A stretch of DNA of 64,000 nucleotides from Convolutriloba macropyga (GCF_964194025.1 NC_134472.1:53568001-53632000); one strand, 5' to 3'; counted from the stretch's first letter, positions 38,301-53,125 are shown. Notes: generated by a model not told the origin, from the sequence alone. Translations and numbers: made by a program.

Positions 38301-40260
38301 AAACACCCCGATAATCGTATAATTACAAAAATTGCGGTGCTTTAGGTTAATTGACCACTAAGTTAGGGGCTGTAATGGGAAAGACTTCGAGTTCTATTCA
38401 AAAATATGTAAGAAATATCTTGTTCAACAAACTGGCTGTCTGGTTGAAAAGGGGTATTTCCTAGAACCCCCCAGCTCATTGTTCAGATAAACTATAGCAC
38501 CCCAATCATGGTACACATACCATGGGTCTATAATTTTTTTTGGGGGGGGGGGGGCTATATTGGAAAGACCCAAGTTATCCAAACGGAGCAAAAATTGCTA
38601 TTCGTTGTTTCAAACAACTGCTTCTTTTGCTCTTTTTAACACAAAAGGATCTGGATGTTTTCCGTTTGTGCCCTACCCAGCTTAGTGGGCGCATTTTATT
38701 TGGGCCTCCCCCAGACCCACTTTACATATTTTTACATAATGATTTATTAATTAATGGCACATGCTCTTTAGGTTTTTGTTTACAATTCGTTTCCTGTTGC
38801 TGTTATCGAAATTTTTCTGTTTTTGCTACTGCAACCAACTTTCCCCAATTCAATTCTTTATCATTGCTATCATCAATCTTGTCGCATTATAGCTTGCCGT
38901 TTGTATCATACCTGCACAAAAACTCTACAACTTAAAATCTTTGGCTCAAAGCGATTTGTTGAGCCTCGGAAACCTGCTATCAACGCTGATTGTATGCGAG
39001 TCCCAATTCGCAGTAGTTTTACCAGCATGAAATTTTTGTCACTTCTTATGAGTGACTTCTCGGTTTTTTTCATTTAATCTTTAGTATTTTTTCTTCTTTT
39101 TTTGCGAAGACGTTTGTAAAATATATGTGCGACTGTTACAAGAACTGAGTTTTGGGAACTTTTCAATTTGTGCCTCCCACGTTATTGGGTAAATATTATT
39201 TGCGCCCCCAGACGCACGTGCCATGCTTTTACTTAGTGATTTACTATTTAATGGCAAGTTCTCTGTATTTGGTGAGAGCATAACGTACTGAGGGCACAAA
39301 CAGAAAAGCTCTCAGTTTTGTTCAAAAATGTGTAAGAAATATCTTCGTCAACAGATTGGTTGTCTGGTTGATAAGGGGTCTTTCCCCAACCCCCCCCCCC
39401 GAGCTCACTATTCAGATAAACCATAGCCCCCCAATCATTGTAAACATACCATGAGGACTATAATTTTGGGGGGCTATATTTGAAAGACCCAAATTATCTA
39501 AAAAGAACCAGAATTGCCATTCGTTGTTTCAAACAACTGCTTCTTTCGCTCTTTTTAGCACTAAATGATCTGGATTTGTTCCGTTTGTGCTTTATCCAGC
39601 TTAGCGGGTGCATATTATTTGCGCCTCACCAGGCGCACGTTCCATATTTTTACATAATGATTTACTATATAATGGCACGTGCTCTTTAACGGGGTGCGCA
39701 CAACATTCTGTTGGGGCACAAACAGAAAAAACTTTGACTAACACCGCATGAGTAGTGGCCTTGAGTTGTGGTTAAAAAAAGTTTTCAAGACTTTCCATTA
39801 TTTGACTTCAAAGTTGGCAATTTTACTTCGAAATGGGTAGCAGCTGGTATTTATTTCATTACCAAAAAGGCAAAGGTTTTATTTTTGGCTTTTGAGGGAA
39901 AAAGTCAGCCACCTGGTAACTGCCCTCAGAAGAATTGCTCAGATGGCTTTTAAGAGGGGGTAGCGAGTTGTGACATCAACACTGTTTGTCTCTTACCAAA
40001 TATGACCCACGCATTGCAAAATACATTTTCAATTCATCATACGATAAAAAATTCAACAAATGGAAATTAACTGTTTTGTAAAAATGTGCAATACAAACAG
40101 GAGGAGTCGGATATAATCTGTTTTGTTCTCCCAGCTTAGTGGGCTTATATGTTTTACCCCCTCCCCAGGCGTACTTGATAAATTTTTACATAGTAACGTG
40201 CCACATAACAGCATACAATTTCTAACTGGGGGCGTGAAAAACACTGGGGGCACAGAATAG
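35330..40260. repeat. Diverged tandem segmental triplication carrying many Merlin-like MITEs (family A TIR GGATCTTTTCCGTTTGTGCCCCC; family B TIR GGGTCTTTCCCATTATAGCCCCC)
   Basis: Units start at ~35333 and ~37220 (CGTTTTTTAGCTCAAGA...), with a third partial copy from ~38766. MITEs include 35650-35810 (TSD ttaatctc/ttcatctc), 36034-36198 and 36206-36329. Confidence 0.85.
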
Positions 40261-41019
40261 ATCAGAAAACTTTTTGCTAAATTTTTGGCTCAAGCCTTTG
40301 CTAAATCTCGTCACACCTTTTTTCTCTTCTTTTCCAATGCGATAGTAGGGACATCTGAAGACACAAAAAATTGGACTATCATCTAGTTGAACTAACGATG
40401 CGTATCAATACTACCACTAAATAACTTGCAATAATGATTTCATACAGGGTACACTCATATGGTAATTTGTGGCGCCATTCATTTATATTTTACCTATCTT
40501 TTCTTTAGTTCTTTTTGGTTTGTAAATCTTAATTTTATCTCAGTTCATGTTGAAGATCATCGTTAGTTCTTAAAACCTTCTTATATTTGTTGATATGAAT
40601 CATAGTCTGTACTTGCAGACAACTTCTTTTTAATACACTTTAAAATTTCTCAATCTGTTTTTGTTCACATATTTAGTGCATGATCAAACTGATGATCAAA
40701 TTTCTGTTTATTCTTTTTCATTTCTTTGGAATTTAATTCAGTTCAATCGCTGCGCAAAAAAAAGCTCATACAAAGCTAATCTAAATTGATAAAGCCGATC
40801 ATTCAAGCAAAGTCAACAGTTGCTTTTTTGCGGAGCGAAAACTGAATAAAACTTGTCTCAGAATTGACAGAATTCTAACAAACAAATTAAAACGCAATTT
40901 CGCATCGCGAAAGTACCCAACTCTGGGTAAAAAACTAAATTGTAATTCGCTTAGCAATTTTGCAAATAAATTGAGAACGGATTTTGTATCACATAGCGCA
41001 GCCAGCAGCTCAATAATCC

Positions 41020-42110
41020 CAAGAAAAACCCCTGTCCATTAAGCTATTCTGGGAGAGAGCAACCAAAGATCCCCTAATCAGATGGGAAAAATGGCAAAAC
41101 AAGTCAAACAAGCCTTTTTGGCATGAGAGAATATAACACTAGATACACTGCTTGAGCCAACAACGACCCGAGTTTGACTACCTCCTGAAGCAAAATATGA
41201 GGCACCAATTAAAGACGAACTGAACAAACGGGAAAGGAGAGACAAATACGAAATAACTAACTCAAAGTGAGACCTCAAATTTCAAAAAAAACCGAGGCAA
41301 TTCTGCTCTGTGGGGAACGACAGTGGACACTCTGCGAACAGAAATGCGTCTTCTTTGTTCACTTTAGTTTCGGCACTGAAGGCCGCAGACTTTTAACACA
41401 AAAATTGTCTACATGGTAACATCTACACCCTCACGACGCTAAGCTTGTGGATAATGTTAGATTTAGCCTTCATCCGACCCCGTAATATAACAGTTGATCG
41501 TTATGTTTTCTTTTCAAGAAAACAAAAATGAGAGACAGTCGAACAACTCTATAGCACTTTGAAATGGCTAGCCGAAAATTGCGACTTTGGGAACTGCGAT
41601 GAGGCGGTAATTCTGGATATCTTCATTACAAATATTCTAGATGATGACATACATCGCTAACTTTTGCGAGATACAGTCGCACCAGAAAGAGCTCTCAGCA
41701 TTGCTGTTAACATGGATATGAGCCACCAAAACCAACAACGGATTTCGTCTAACAACACCAGCGGTGTAAATGTAATCCAACAATTCAAAAGGTTCCGCAG
41801 CGCGAATGCACGCACTCAACAGCGGAACAGAAGCACATTCAACAACGAAGCAAATGGCCTCTGTCTGTCCAAATTGAGGTCAGAATTTGACAATAAATCA
41901 TCGTCAGGTTAGCTCCGGGAGTGGTAAGAAATGTAACGAATGCGGTCTTCTCAATCATGTCGCAAAATTATGTTTGAAACAACAGAATTCCAACAAAAAT
42001 ACACAGCAACTCATTTGTATAAACATCATAGAAAAGCACAAAAAAGAGATAATTCAGTTAATTAGAAACCTAATTTTTATTAACTATAACGAACAATACG
42101 ACACTCAATA
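41020..42110 (+). mobile_element. Decayed Ty3/Gypsy gag remnant
   Basis: Fragments DRYVFFSRKQ, ETVEQLYSTLKWLAENCDFG and LLRDTVAPERALSIAVNM, plus CCHC knuckle CNECGLLNHVAKLC. Stops and frameshifts. Confidence 0.75.
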
Positions 42111-42489
42111 ATACTTTTCAGAATATAGTTACGGTCTCATAGATCTCACAGTCAACCGATTAATTTCACAGCCAATTTTAATTGATTTTCTTTTTTTTCT
42201 ATATATCTGATAATGCAGTCAACAAAAGGGAAAATTACTTGCAGTTACTTACATTTTGCAATGTTATATTTTATAAAAACATTTGAGCGTGAGAAACATG
42301 GCTCCAGAAACTTTCATAGACAAAACCGAAAGCTCAGAAATTTGAGTTTTCATGGTCAATACGGCAGAGCAGCAAAAAATTGGCTTCTAAATGTTTTGCA
42401 TGGTCAATAAGGCAACTCTTGATGCTCTGAAAAAGTCAATCAACTCAGAGAAAAGTATAGCTTACTTCAAAAACTTTCCTATCAATCTT

Positions 42490-44570
42490 ATTAATTCATT
42501 GAGTCAAATGTTATGAAAGAACTGAACTCGTTCTCCATGCTTACATCAACTGGTCCTTCAAAAACGTTCCCCGAAGTTTTTTTGCATGCTATACAGTGTA
42601 CCGCTTCAGATCACTCGCCAAATGCTTTGAAAGTACTGACTAAGCTAATAAACATAAGTTACTGTGGGGGAAGTTCCCGGATTTGTTTAGCGAGCTCTAT
42701 AGAGAGCTATCCTATCAGCCTTGTTGAATAAAGTAGTGTTTGCCCTAGTGCAGCAGAAGAAGTCTAGAGGAGGCTAAAATTTAAATATTTAGCTAAGGAA
42801 GCAATTTCAGAAGCAAAAAATTTTTTCTCTGGCTTGCAACTGGTTGATGGACTGAAGTGTGGAGCAAACGCCATTATTGATTCGAATAAAGTTTTGTATG
42901 AAAAAAACTCACCTCGTCAGGTTCCTCGGGGAATTTGCAGAGCATTCAATTCCATAATTTTCAATGAAACGATACAAGTGGTTGTCAATTCAATGCCTGG
43001 CATTGTCGCTTTAACAATTACTGTTTTTCGCAACACGGTTATATATTCTATGACAAATTTGCTGTTAGCAGTGAAATGTTTATGCAACCAGTCGATTCAT
43101 TGAGCCTTTTGCTTTTTCTCAGAAATCCGGGCCCAACATAAAGAAAATTCAAGAACAGTCAACAAGAATATTCCTAGTATCTAGATGATGTTGGGCTCAA
43201 AAAATCATTAGATCCTGAAACCATCTATGCGAGCTCAGACCTGATCGCGGCCTCAACGTAAAGATCAATAAGTGCGAAATGTGGTCTATGGTAGATTTAG
43301 GCAGAATTGAAGTTAGAATAAAATGAAATGATCCTTTGAGCCGCGTAAGGATCACCAGAACTCGTCTGCATGAAACTTAACAAAACAATAGGAAAAATAA
43401 TGATACTAGTTGGCAAGTTGGTCTAACTTGATGACCATAAGTGCGATTTAGGTTAACTACGCCACCCATAACGGTATACTTCTTGTGTTGCGAATCGCCT
43501 AGCTATTCAGAGTTATAAAGTCCTTAGAAAAACTTGATGCCAAACAGTGCAAAAAAATGAGAACCTCCACGAAACTATTCTTGCAGACAAATTTTGGAAT
43601 CGGAAATTCTACCCATAACCCTATCAGGATTTGGTGTTTGCCATTACCGAACCAGTGGTAAGGATCATACGATGGATTTGTTTTGTCCTCTTAGGGCCTT
43701 GTTTTAAAATTAAACGGTGAAAACACGAAAAACTGCAATATTTTTCAGGAACTACATTCCAGTATAGCACAACCGGCCATTCCAAACTTTTTGCAAAGAC
43801 GATCGAACAAGTTCTTGATAACGAAAGGTTTCAAGGTCTCAAAGGGAATGTAGCTTCTGAAAAAGAACCCGCCCGACTTTTCTCATTGTCTATTCGACAT
43901 GCTGAAGCATCATTGTATGCTCTCCGCTTTCCAACTGATGGGCTTCAGATGGCTCTGAATGAGTTTAGAGTTAGTCCTAAATAAAATGTGGGTGCCCTTG
44001 TTTATATCGCAGAAGTGAATTTCCCATTCTGTAAAGTAGCAGCTCTTGACATCCATGGTGATAATGCCATTCTGTGTCACGGTCGAGAAGACGCAATTGC
44101 AAGACATTAGAGATAAATTAGTGTGTGCTTGAACATTATGCAAACCTCTTACGAGTAGTAAAAAAAGAGCCTCTTACTAAAAATTCAATCGAGCCCTGGA
44201 GACATCTTTCTGCTGGCTTGCAAAGCGTGAACGTCTGCTGCATTTGATTTAAATGTCACTTCTCCGCTGCAATCAAACTCTCGCACTGATTTTGCTACAA
44301 ATGCAAGATACACACCTGAAGGAGCAGATAAAGGAAAAAAATTACAACAGCTGGTCAAAATTGTGAATCACATTTGTACATCTTGCAATCGAAGTCCTTG
44401 GTGGAATATCGGCAACTTTCAGAGAACACTCAATTGGTTGTCCGTATAAAGTGACAATCGTTCTTTCCAGTGCAGGGGCTGTCCATAGCATTCAATAAAT
44501 TCATGCAATCTTTATCAGTTATCGCCATTTGGGGATGGGCAACAATGACATTAGCACGCACTCCCTAATT
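42490..44570 (+). mobile_element. Decayed CRE-like (RT + RLE) non-LTR retrotransposon
   Basis: Ordered fragments STGPS, QL..GLKCGANAII, AFNSI, YLDD, LPITLSGFG, HGDNAILCHG, PGDIFL, AAFDLNVTSPLQ and LAIEVLGG. Many disablements. Confidence 0.75.
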
Positions 44571-45249
44571 GACTCTTTTATAATTTAAAAACTCGTCCGA
44601 ACAACGGGGAAATAGCTTGACCCATCGTTAACTAATGAGTAGGTTTAATTACAAAAACTTTTTGCCACCTAATGAGCGGGGAGTAAAAATACGTAAGACT
44701 GAAATGAAACGAAGAAATGGAAATCAGAAACAGAAGATAGATATACCAATCGTGAACTAATAATCGGAGGGAAAAATGTGATTAATCGTATGAATTGTAT
44801 GTGAAAAATCTTATGATATATTAAATACAACACCAATGGGTTGTCACAGAAGTCATTAAACTCTTTTAAAAAATCTAAGTGCTTCCTCCGATTTGTCTGT
44901 GGCTCGTTTTCCTCTAGGTGACCAGAACTCTTATAACCAAGCTGATCTTTACACAAAACGTAAATTGCACAAAACGTAATTTCGGTCACAATTTTGTAGG
45001 TTTCTTCTTTTATAACTATTGCTTATTTTATGTGTGGTGTTGCGCTGAATGCGTTATAATCCGAAAACGAGAAAAAACCACCAATTGTCTCTAGTGTCAT
45101 CAGCTACAACTAAGAGGAAATAAATATGAAATTTCAAGCATAAATATATTATCGAATACGCTTCAGGATACCCTAAAGAGCGCAAACATATTTCCTCAAT
45201 TTGTGTTTTAATGTAAATAACGATGACAAATGGTAGCATGAATAATCTT

Positions 45250-48200
45250 AAAAAGCAACAGTGTTAATTTATGGAAGTTTTCCGCTAGCTCTATGAAAGA
45301 AACAATTTTCGGAGGCACAATTTACAGATTGAAGGGGTGTTGTCCCTATTGAAGCGGGAAAAAACGGTTTATTTTTTTGGGACAAATGCGGGACGGAAAT
45401 TGACTAGAAACAATTTCAACGGAAAAGTGTTGGCAATCAAAAATTTCCATGTAATGATTAACGACTTCTGTGAGACATGTGTTTGACTCGTGCAAGAAAA
45501 ACTCAAAAAGTTTTTATAAAAGCATACAGACAATAACCTAGTGCCAAAGGAAAGCAACATTTATAGATTTACCCAATAACTTTTCAATTTTTGAGGGCTG
45601 TTTTTGTTTATTCTGCTTTTGCTCTATTGTTTTTGGTTTTTATATCAACCCACCCCAAAGATTTGAAGTTAAAAACTTCTACATTTATTAAACTAACAAA
45701 CCTTTCTACAGAAAAATTGCAGGCTCACTTAGTCATTTTTCTGTAATCAGCAGTATTTTGAGTCATAACTGAAATAGGTTCAACTTCGTCAATAAAATTG
45801 TCGGTTGTACAACGCAAACCTTTTTAAAAAACTGAAGGAGATGCGATGAAATTGTCCTGACTGCATGTGGGATTCTAGTTACTGCTGGTTGCAAAAAATT
45901 TTCAACAACTTGGCGAACTCTCCTTATTGCCAGCATTGTTAGTTTTTCTAATTTGGTTTCCCTATAATTCATTTTTTTTGCGTTGTCTGATTTGAAAACA
46001 AAAAGGAAACGGCTAGTTCAATTTATGCCTAATTAGGACTTTAGAAACGGACTGGTGACTATATAGAGTGGCAATTCGTTGTTCATTAGTGTAAATGCCA
46101 AAAAACGAATCGGCTGAGCTAGATACTACTTCAAACGGAACTTGCTGTTTTTGAGTCTAGATGAGCTAGATGAGTTAAATTGTAATCTGACAAGAAAACT
46201 TCCCAACCCCATGTCAAATGCATGTGGCCTATTGTTCTGATTTTTATCAATTCAATCGTAATCATTTAAGTTAAAAACAACTATATCGAGGAAATTAACA
46301 AACTTTTACAAAGAAACTATAGAGAACAGTCGAACTGTTTTTCTGTAATCAGAAGTACTTTGAGTCATGCTTGAAATATGTTCAACTTCGCCAAAACAAT
46401 GTCGAATACACAATGCACACTTTCTCAAAAGTTTGATGAAAATCTGTCAGATTGCTATATTGCACGTGGACTCTAGTTACAGCTGGTTTCAGAACGCTCT
46501 CCACCTTCTTACTGGATTGTTTTTGCAGACAGGTTTGTCGTTTTTCTGAACTTAGTTTCAGTATATCTCCAATTTTTTGCATGGTTTAATATGAAGATGA
46601 AAAGTAGCCACTAAAATTATGCTTACTTAGGACTGCGAATGCGTACAGTTTAAATTATGAAATTGCAATTCGCGTTGTCATTACTGTCAACACCAAAAAA
46701 TTGAGATTTTTTACTAGATACTAATTCAAACAAAACTTGAATTTGAATGAAATGGGTTGTAAACTGATAAAAAGCACTTTAATTTCGTAAATCAATTTTG
46801 TTTTTTTGATAACTTTAATGAAGTGCAATATACTCGATGATGCAATTAATTGCAAACACGTTAGTTCAGGTTCACCGGATCGGCTCATTAGAGGGCCTGA
46901 ATCCAAGTTAATTGAATTTGACTTTTTTGCGTCATTTGATATGGAATAAAAAAAGCGGCTAGCTAATTTTAAGCCTTATTAGGTTTTGAAAGAGGAACAG
47001 TTTAATAACCAAAACTGCAATTCGTTTTGTTCAGTAGTGTAAATGTGATTAAATGAGACGTCTCGGCTGAATTCTAATTTGAATGAAAATCGAAGAATTT
47101 TGAGTCTATAATTAACGAATCGCAAACTGATGAAATTATATTCGCAAATCAATTTGTCTTGTAAAAAGTTTATTTTACTTAAGTTGATTTTATCCAAGGA
47201 GGCGTTTATTTGAGAAATAGTTTTCAATTTATTTATCGACTTCCATTTTTTACAATCAAATGGTCATGGCAATTTTGAACTTTTTTATTGGTTTATACAC
47301 ATATATCAAGATTTTTTATTTTAATTCAGAATAACGAAAAGCCTATTCAGAGAAAATCCAGAAAAGTTAATTTTTTTTGGTGGAAGCGGAGTGTTCAATT
47401 CTACGCAAAATCTGTTTACACTAATCAGTAGTCTGTTTAACCTGATCATTAACTGCGGAGTAATGATCAGACTGAACCCCGGCTCGAGGTGTACACCCGT
47501 ATTCCACCGTTATTAAGCGAGAATAAGTGTGCAAAGCCGATGCCACTCTTAATTAGTAGAGATAAGAGTGTAAGAGTGTAATTGTGAGAACATTACACTA
47601 TTTTGAACACACTTTACCCTCTTTAGTACACCCTTATTACACTTTTGAATATGCACTCTAATTACACTCTTTACTACACTCTTTTCCGTGGGTGAAGCCC
47701 TTGCGAATTAGAGAAGGCGAGTTAGAAAGTCTAAATTTTTAATTTTTTTATACTAAATTTTTTTTAAATCATTTTTTCCATATGATGGAGCAAAAATTAA
47801 AAATTTCGTACGAATTTAACGGCAAATGGAACTTCCTACTTCTTAGAGAAACTTGGCCAAATTTCATCTGCCTTTACTATGTAATTAAGATTGTGAGTTT
47901 TTCTAATACTTAAAAAAAACTCATCATCAGGCATATATCGATTTAAAAACCAAAAGATATTGGTTTTATTATGATGACGAAAACTGCCCTTCAAAAGGCA
48001 GCTAAACAGTTAAAATTGGGTTTTGTTAATTTACTTCTGTCAATGAGTGTAAAGGCATAATAAGTAGCAGCAATTTTAGCGGCGGAAATTAACCACAAAA
48101 ATTTTTTTTGATGGAAAGGTGTCGGCAACAAAAAATCCAAAAACAATCTTTCACGAGTTCTTTCGGATTTGTTATTGAACCGTTCAGGAAAAACTCAAAA

Positions 48201-48700
48201 GTCTTTATGAAACAATAGAGGCAATGACCACTGCCAAACAAAGGCAACATTTTGTAGATTTACTTCAAAGGCTGTCCCTTTTAGAAGGCCGGTTTTATTT
48301 ATTGCGAATTTGATCAATTGCTTTGGTTTTTATCTCAAACCACGCCTTATAGTCAGAAGTTTAAAACATCTACAGGAAGGGAACTAAAAAAACTTTCTAC
48401 AGAAAAAAAAGCAGGGAGCAGTTGGCCACTTTTCTGTAATTAGCATAACTTTCCTTTTTGCATCGTTTGAAAAAAAATGAAATGTAGCCGCTAAGATAAG
48501 GCCTAATTAGGACTACAGTTGCGTACAGTTTAAATTATAAAACAGGACTTCGTTTGTTCATTAGTGTAAATGCCAAAATTTGAGACGCTTTTGCTAGATA
48601 CTATTTCTAACCGAAATTGAGAAATTTTGAAATAAGATGAAATTAAGTGTAAACTAACAAAAAACTTTTTTAATCCGTATAATGATTTGCTTAAAACAAA
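45250..48700. repeat. Diverged ~0.6-1-kb repeat family (also at 53100-53811 and 58200-59215)
   Basis: Recurring block TTTTCTGTAAT(C/T)AG.A...TTTGAGTCATA.TTGAA near 45740, 46340, 48430 (partial), 53462, 58542 and 59178, with shared flanks. Confidence 0.7.
47478..47692. mobile_element. Short degenerate CCC-terminated MITE
   Basis: Left end CCCGGCTCGAGG resembles the ends at 20857 and 28181. Internal AGAGTGTAA/TTACACTCT inverted sub-repeats. Ends GGG. Confidence 0.5.
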
Positions 48701-48799
48701 TCTGTTAAAAAAAGTCTGTTATTATTATGGTGACTAAAATTTACTTCAAAAAGCAGGTAAACTGTCAAAATATGGTTTTGTGAGTTTACTTCTGTCAAT

Positions 48800-51700
48800 G
48801 ACAGCAAGTCAGACAGAACTCAACTCCTCTAGTCAGACAGAAATAAACTCCTTTAGAAATCAGTCGACTGACCTCTGATGCTGAAATAAACCATTTTCGG
48901 CATGTTAACCTTAGAGTACTTTTTGCCTATGAAGAAAGACGACAAAAAAACGAACTCTATAAATCCCCTCAAGATGAACTAACAAAAATTTGATCAAAAT
49001 TTTATTAAATTTTTTCCAGCGGCACGAAGGTAAATAATTCGGAATACCCAACGATCAATGTCAGTTTTTTTGAAAACCAAAACAAAACTAAAATTTAAAA
49101 AGAAGCAACCATGATAGAGAACAAAAACAGTAACAGAAGCTGTCACAACCAAACCAGATGCAAAGAAGCGGAAAATCTGCGAGATTCCCCCTGCTACCAC
49201 GGAATATGAACATTATGTAAATGACGAACCGGAGAAGCCCCGACTACTTGCTCTTCAGAGAAAAGGAAACGACGACGCCTTACTGATTGCAGACTCCATA
49301 ACGAGCCCATTGAACGGTGAGCAAATTGGGCCCGATGTCATTGCAAGAGCATTTGGTGAATGCAATGTCAAATCGCTATTGGAGTCGGCTACAAACACGA
49401 AGCATAGAGATGTGGAGAAAGTATACGTTTTCATTGGAGTGAATGATTGCATGTGACCTCAGTTCGATTTGAAAGAGGTGTCAGGTAACTATGAAAAGAT
49501 CATATAGACTGTTCCGCACAATTTTTGTTCAAAAATATTATTTCTATCCACAGTTACTCTCCTTGGATTAAATTGGAAATCGGACAAAAGTTAACAATAA
49601 AATTTTAGAGGTTTTCAACAAATTTGAAAAGTTTTCAGGGATCCAGGCTCAATATAAGAGACTTCTGCCAACTGTTCTCCAAAGCTCTTCATTTCTATCA
49701 AGCGACTGCGTCCATCCATCAGAAAACGGCGTTGGTAGAGACGCTTCAAACGATATGTGATGAGAAATCTATACAAACAAGCAACTGGGAAATCAAAGCG
49801 CAACCAGTGTATGAGCGAGCTTCTCGATGCTATGACCACAATGGCATGTTGCAGTTTATCGGAAAAGGATTTGGTTACTTCTCTAATAACAATTTCCATG
49901 GCCAAACAGCTGCCTGGATTAGAACTTTAACTCTTCGAATCATGCTTACTTTCTCTATTGCCATATCTGTGACTTTTGCTGTTAGCTTCACCAAATTTAC
50001 ATATCTTAAGACAGGAAGAATGCACGAATCCCATTGCGTATCATTTCGCAAACTGACTCCACCATAATTATATATGTGCTGTTGGAAAAAAACTGGAACT
50101 GATTTGAGGTGTGATCGAGTTTTAAAACTTTTAAATAAGAAGGATTTGAATCTGGAACTTTTGTACATTAATGAGCAAAGTATAAGGAAAAAAAGAACTC
50201 AATAAAAAAACTTGTTGAATGATTAAGACAAGGGCCTAATGGTCGCAATAACCGAAACATGGCTGACTGGAAACGATGATTCTTCAGTATAGAACACGTA
50301 AAAAAAGATCACAGGAGGCGGCATTGCAATTTTTCAACCAAGAAATCTTGCTAGTTTTGTACTAAAAGTTTAAGAGTTTGACAACATAGATACTTTTAAG
50401 TCAAGTAGTTTCAAGTCAATTTGTGTAGAGTGTAAAAAGACATGTAATAAAACATGCAAATGAAATAATTAGTAAACGTTGCATCATCACCTAAGAAAAC
50501 AGTTGATGAACTATTTCCTTGAAATTCTGAACTGCAATTTAAACAACGCGTTTGTTTAATGCAATTCATTAGTTTTAATGGGTCACTATTACATCAGTTT
50601 TCCAAACAATCACAAGAAAAGCTACCTGGACATAGTTAGTTTTCTATATGATCTGAGTGTAAATTCACCGAACAACAAAACAAAGCTGAGCAGCCTGTCA
50701 AAAGAGTGTATTGACTTTATGATAATTGACAATGAACTAACAGCAGCGTGTTTCATTTTCAATACTTTTTAAAAGAGTAAACACTCGAGATCTCAGCTTT
50801 TATCTTCTATCAAAAATGCAAAACAATGACCGCAAAAAATATTGGCCTTTAGCAAAAAAAAACAGTGAGCAATCAAATTCAGGCAGTTTTAGTTTTGCAG
50901 ACTCGCATATTTTGTATTCCTCTTTTTCTAAAGTTGTAGATAAACTTCAAATACTTATCAGGAACATAATTCTAACACTAGACGAGCATGCACCCCGGTG
51001 AGACAAAACTTTAGGAAAATGATAATTTGAGCAGTTTTTAAGACAAATGGTTCATTTTTAAGTGTCTGTTGTCTTTCAAAAAGCGTCAACAAACACTTGA
51101 TGTTTCAAAGATAAAATAATGGCAGTAACTGATCTAATTTTCTCAAAAAAAGTTTATGAGTAGTAAATCATTCAATCTAGAAACGTTTTGCCAAGACGCT
51201 AATATGCAAAAAAATGGAAATATATTAACACAAAAGAGAGGCTCCATAAAAGGTGAACACTTCGGATCTTGGATGATTGAAACTCTAACTCTAAAAAAAT
51301 TACAGCTTAAAAAAATTCTTATGGATAAATGATTACAGAAAAATATAAAATAGCAGCATTTCTAATTTTCCGTCTCATTAATTTGGCAATTTTACCGAAG
51401 CAGCAAAAAGTTTCCTCTTGTAAAGACAACACATGATTAAGAATCACTTGCTTTCCAAAATAATGAATTCGTGTGCATGCTTTCGGCCATGCGAGAGCTG
51501 AACACAATCAAACCCCCAGGAACCATGCACAAAGCATGTTAAAATTGGTTTAAATACTAAGCAAAAGTAAACGGCGTCAATTTTCTACCAGCCAGTTGAA
51601 ATTGGTGAATTTTTTTGCTTCTCATTTAAAAAGTGATCAGCTAATAGATATTAGCTGCAGACGTATATCAGTCACTGACGCATTTTCCAAAATTTCTGAG

Positions 51701-53125
51701 AAAATATTTTTAAAACGAATATCATAACATCTTCTGAAGCATAAAGTAATGAGTACAGTATTGGAAAAAAAAATTAACTAGTGATGCGTTACTTTCACTG
51801 CCCAAACAATTCGAAACCAAATTGCTGTAAAAAAATACTGCGTGTGACTGTATTGGTCATGTGCAAAACTTTTGATTAATTTCTCTTTCAATGATTCTAC
51901 AAAAAACGGTTGGAAATGGAATTAAATCTTTCAGCACAATGTTTATTTGAAAAATATGCAACCACTTACCAATGAGTCGGCCTCAATAACGTCTACTCCA
52001 ATCGGTACTTAGTGAAGAGAGTCGAGCCCCAGGGAACTGTGCTTGGTCTATTACCTTTTTTTTATACGTTGACAATCTCAAGAACTCAATATATTCTAAA
52101 ACAACATTATGCAGTATTTTAATGATGTTGTGTTATTTTCTTCAGATGAATTCAATCACTCAGCTAAACATGATTTATTGGAAATTCTAAACAAAGCTGT
52201 TTCATAGTTTAAAAATCACGAACTGAACAAGAACGCAGAGAAGACAGAGTCTACCAAATCTAAGGAAAGCTGTTGACTTAAGCCAAAGATTTTGAAATCT
52301 TAATAAGTGACAATAGAACTGTTATTGAAAAAAGCGAATGCAATTACTTTGACGTAAAATGTGACAATAATTTTAAGTTTGAATCCCAAATTTATAAAAT
52401 CTTCTTAATATGGATGAGGGAATTAAAATCAATAAGCATTAAACTCCCAATTGAAACCTTAGGAACTCTCCTCAATTCGATTGTGCTATCGCGGTTAGAC
52501 TACTCGGCTCTAATAACCAAACTTTATGAAAAAATTAGTCCCTCTAATTGAGTTCGCTTGAAAGGCAATTAATCTGGGGAACGAGCAATTACTGTTTTTA
52601 GTAGTCAACAACGAAAAGACATGCACTCAATTCTGTCTATTTTTACAATTTAATAACCAATCGAAAGCTAGCTTTCAAATTTACTTGAAACTTCCTTGTA
52701 CAAATTATCACATACGTAGACAAACAAAGAAATTTGTTTTACAGGACCACAGGTCGATGAATTATCTCAAAATTTTTGCTCCACCCAACAGTCAGAAAAT
52801 GGAACAATCTATCTAAATCTCTACAAATACTAAGCATCAAATCAACAGAGGTGTAAGATAGTTTAAAAGATATTTTGTAGACTGTAAGTTTTCAAGCTTT
52901 ACCGGAATCGAACCATTCCAATGAGAAAAATTTTGGTTGCTGTGGGAAAAAAATGACAGAGCCCAGTAATTTTAATTTTGTTTTTAATTTATGTTTAAAA
53001 GTTGAATATATTTGTTTTTACGCGTTTTGCCTAAATATACAACTGCTTGTGTGTAATATACCTTTAGTCAAATTGAAGTGTCCTTTCTTCTTCTGCAATT
53101 GTAGCGATGGAAATTGGCAATAAAA
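48800..53125 (+). mobile_element. Decayed CR1/L2-type LINE (SGNH-esterase ORF1, APE-RT ORF2)
   Basis: ORF1 remnant LLIADS...VYVFIGVND (49280-49450). APE remnants AITETWL, GGGIAIF, CIDFMII. RT remnant PQGTVLG...MQYFND. C-terminal WNNLSKSL. Multiple stops. Confidence 0.8.
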
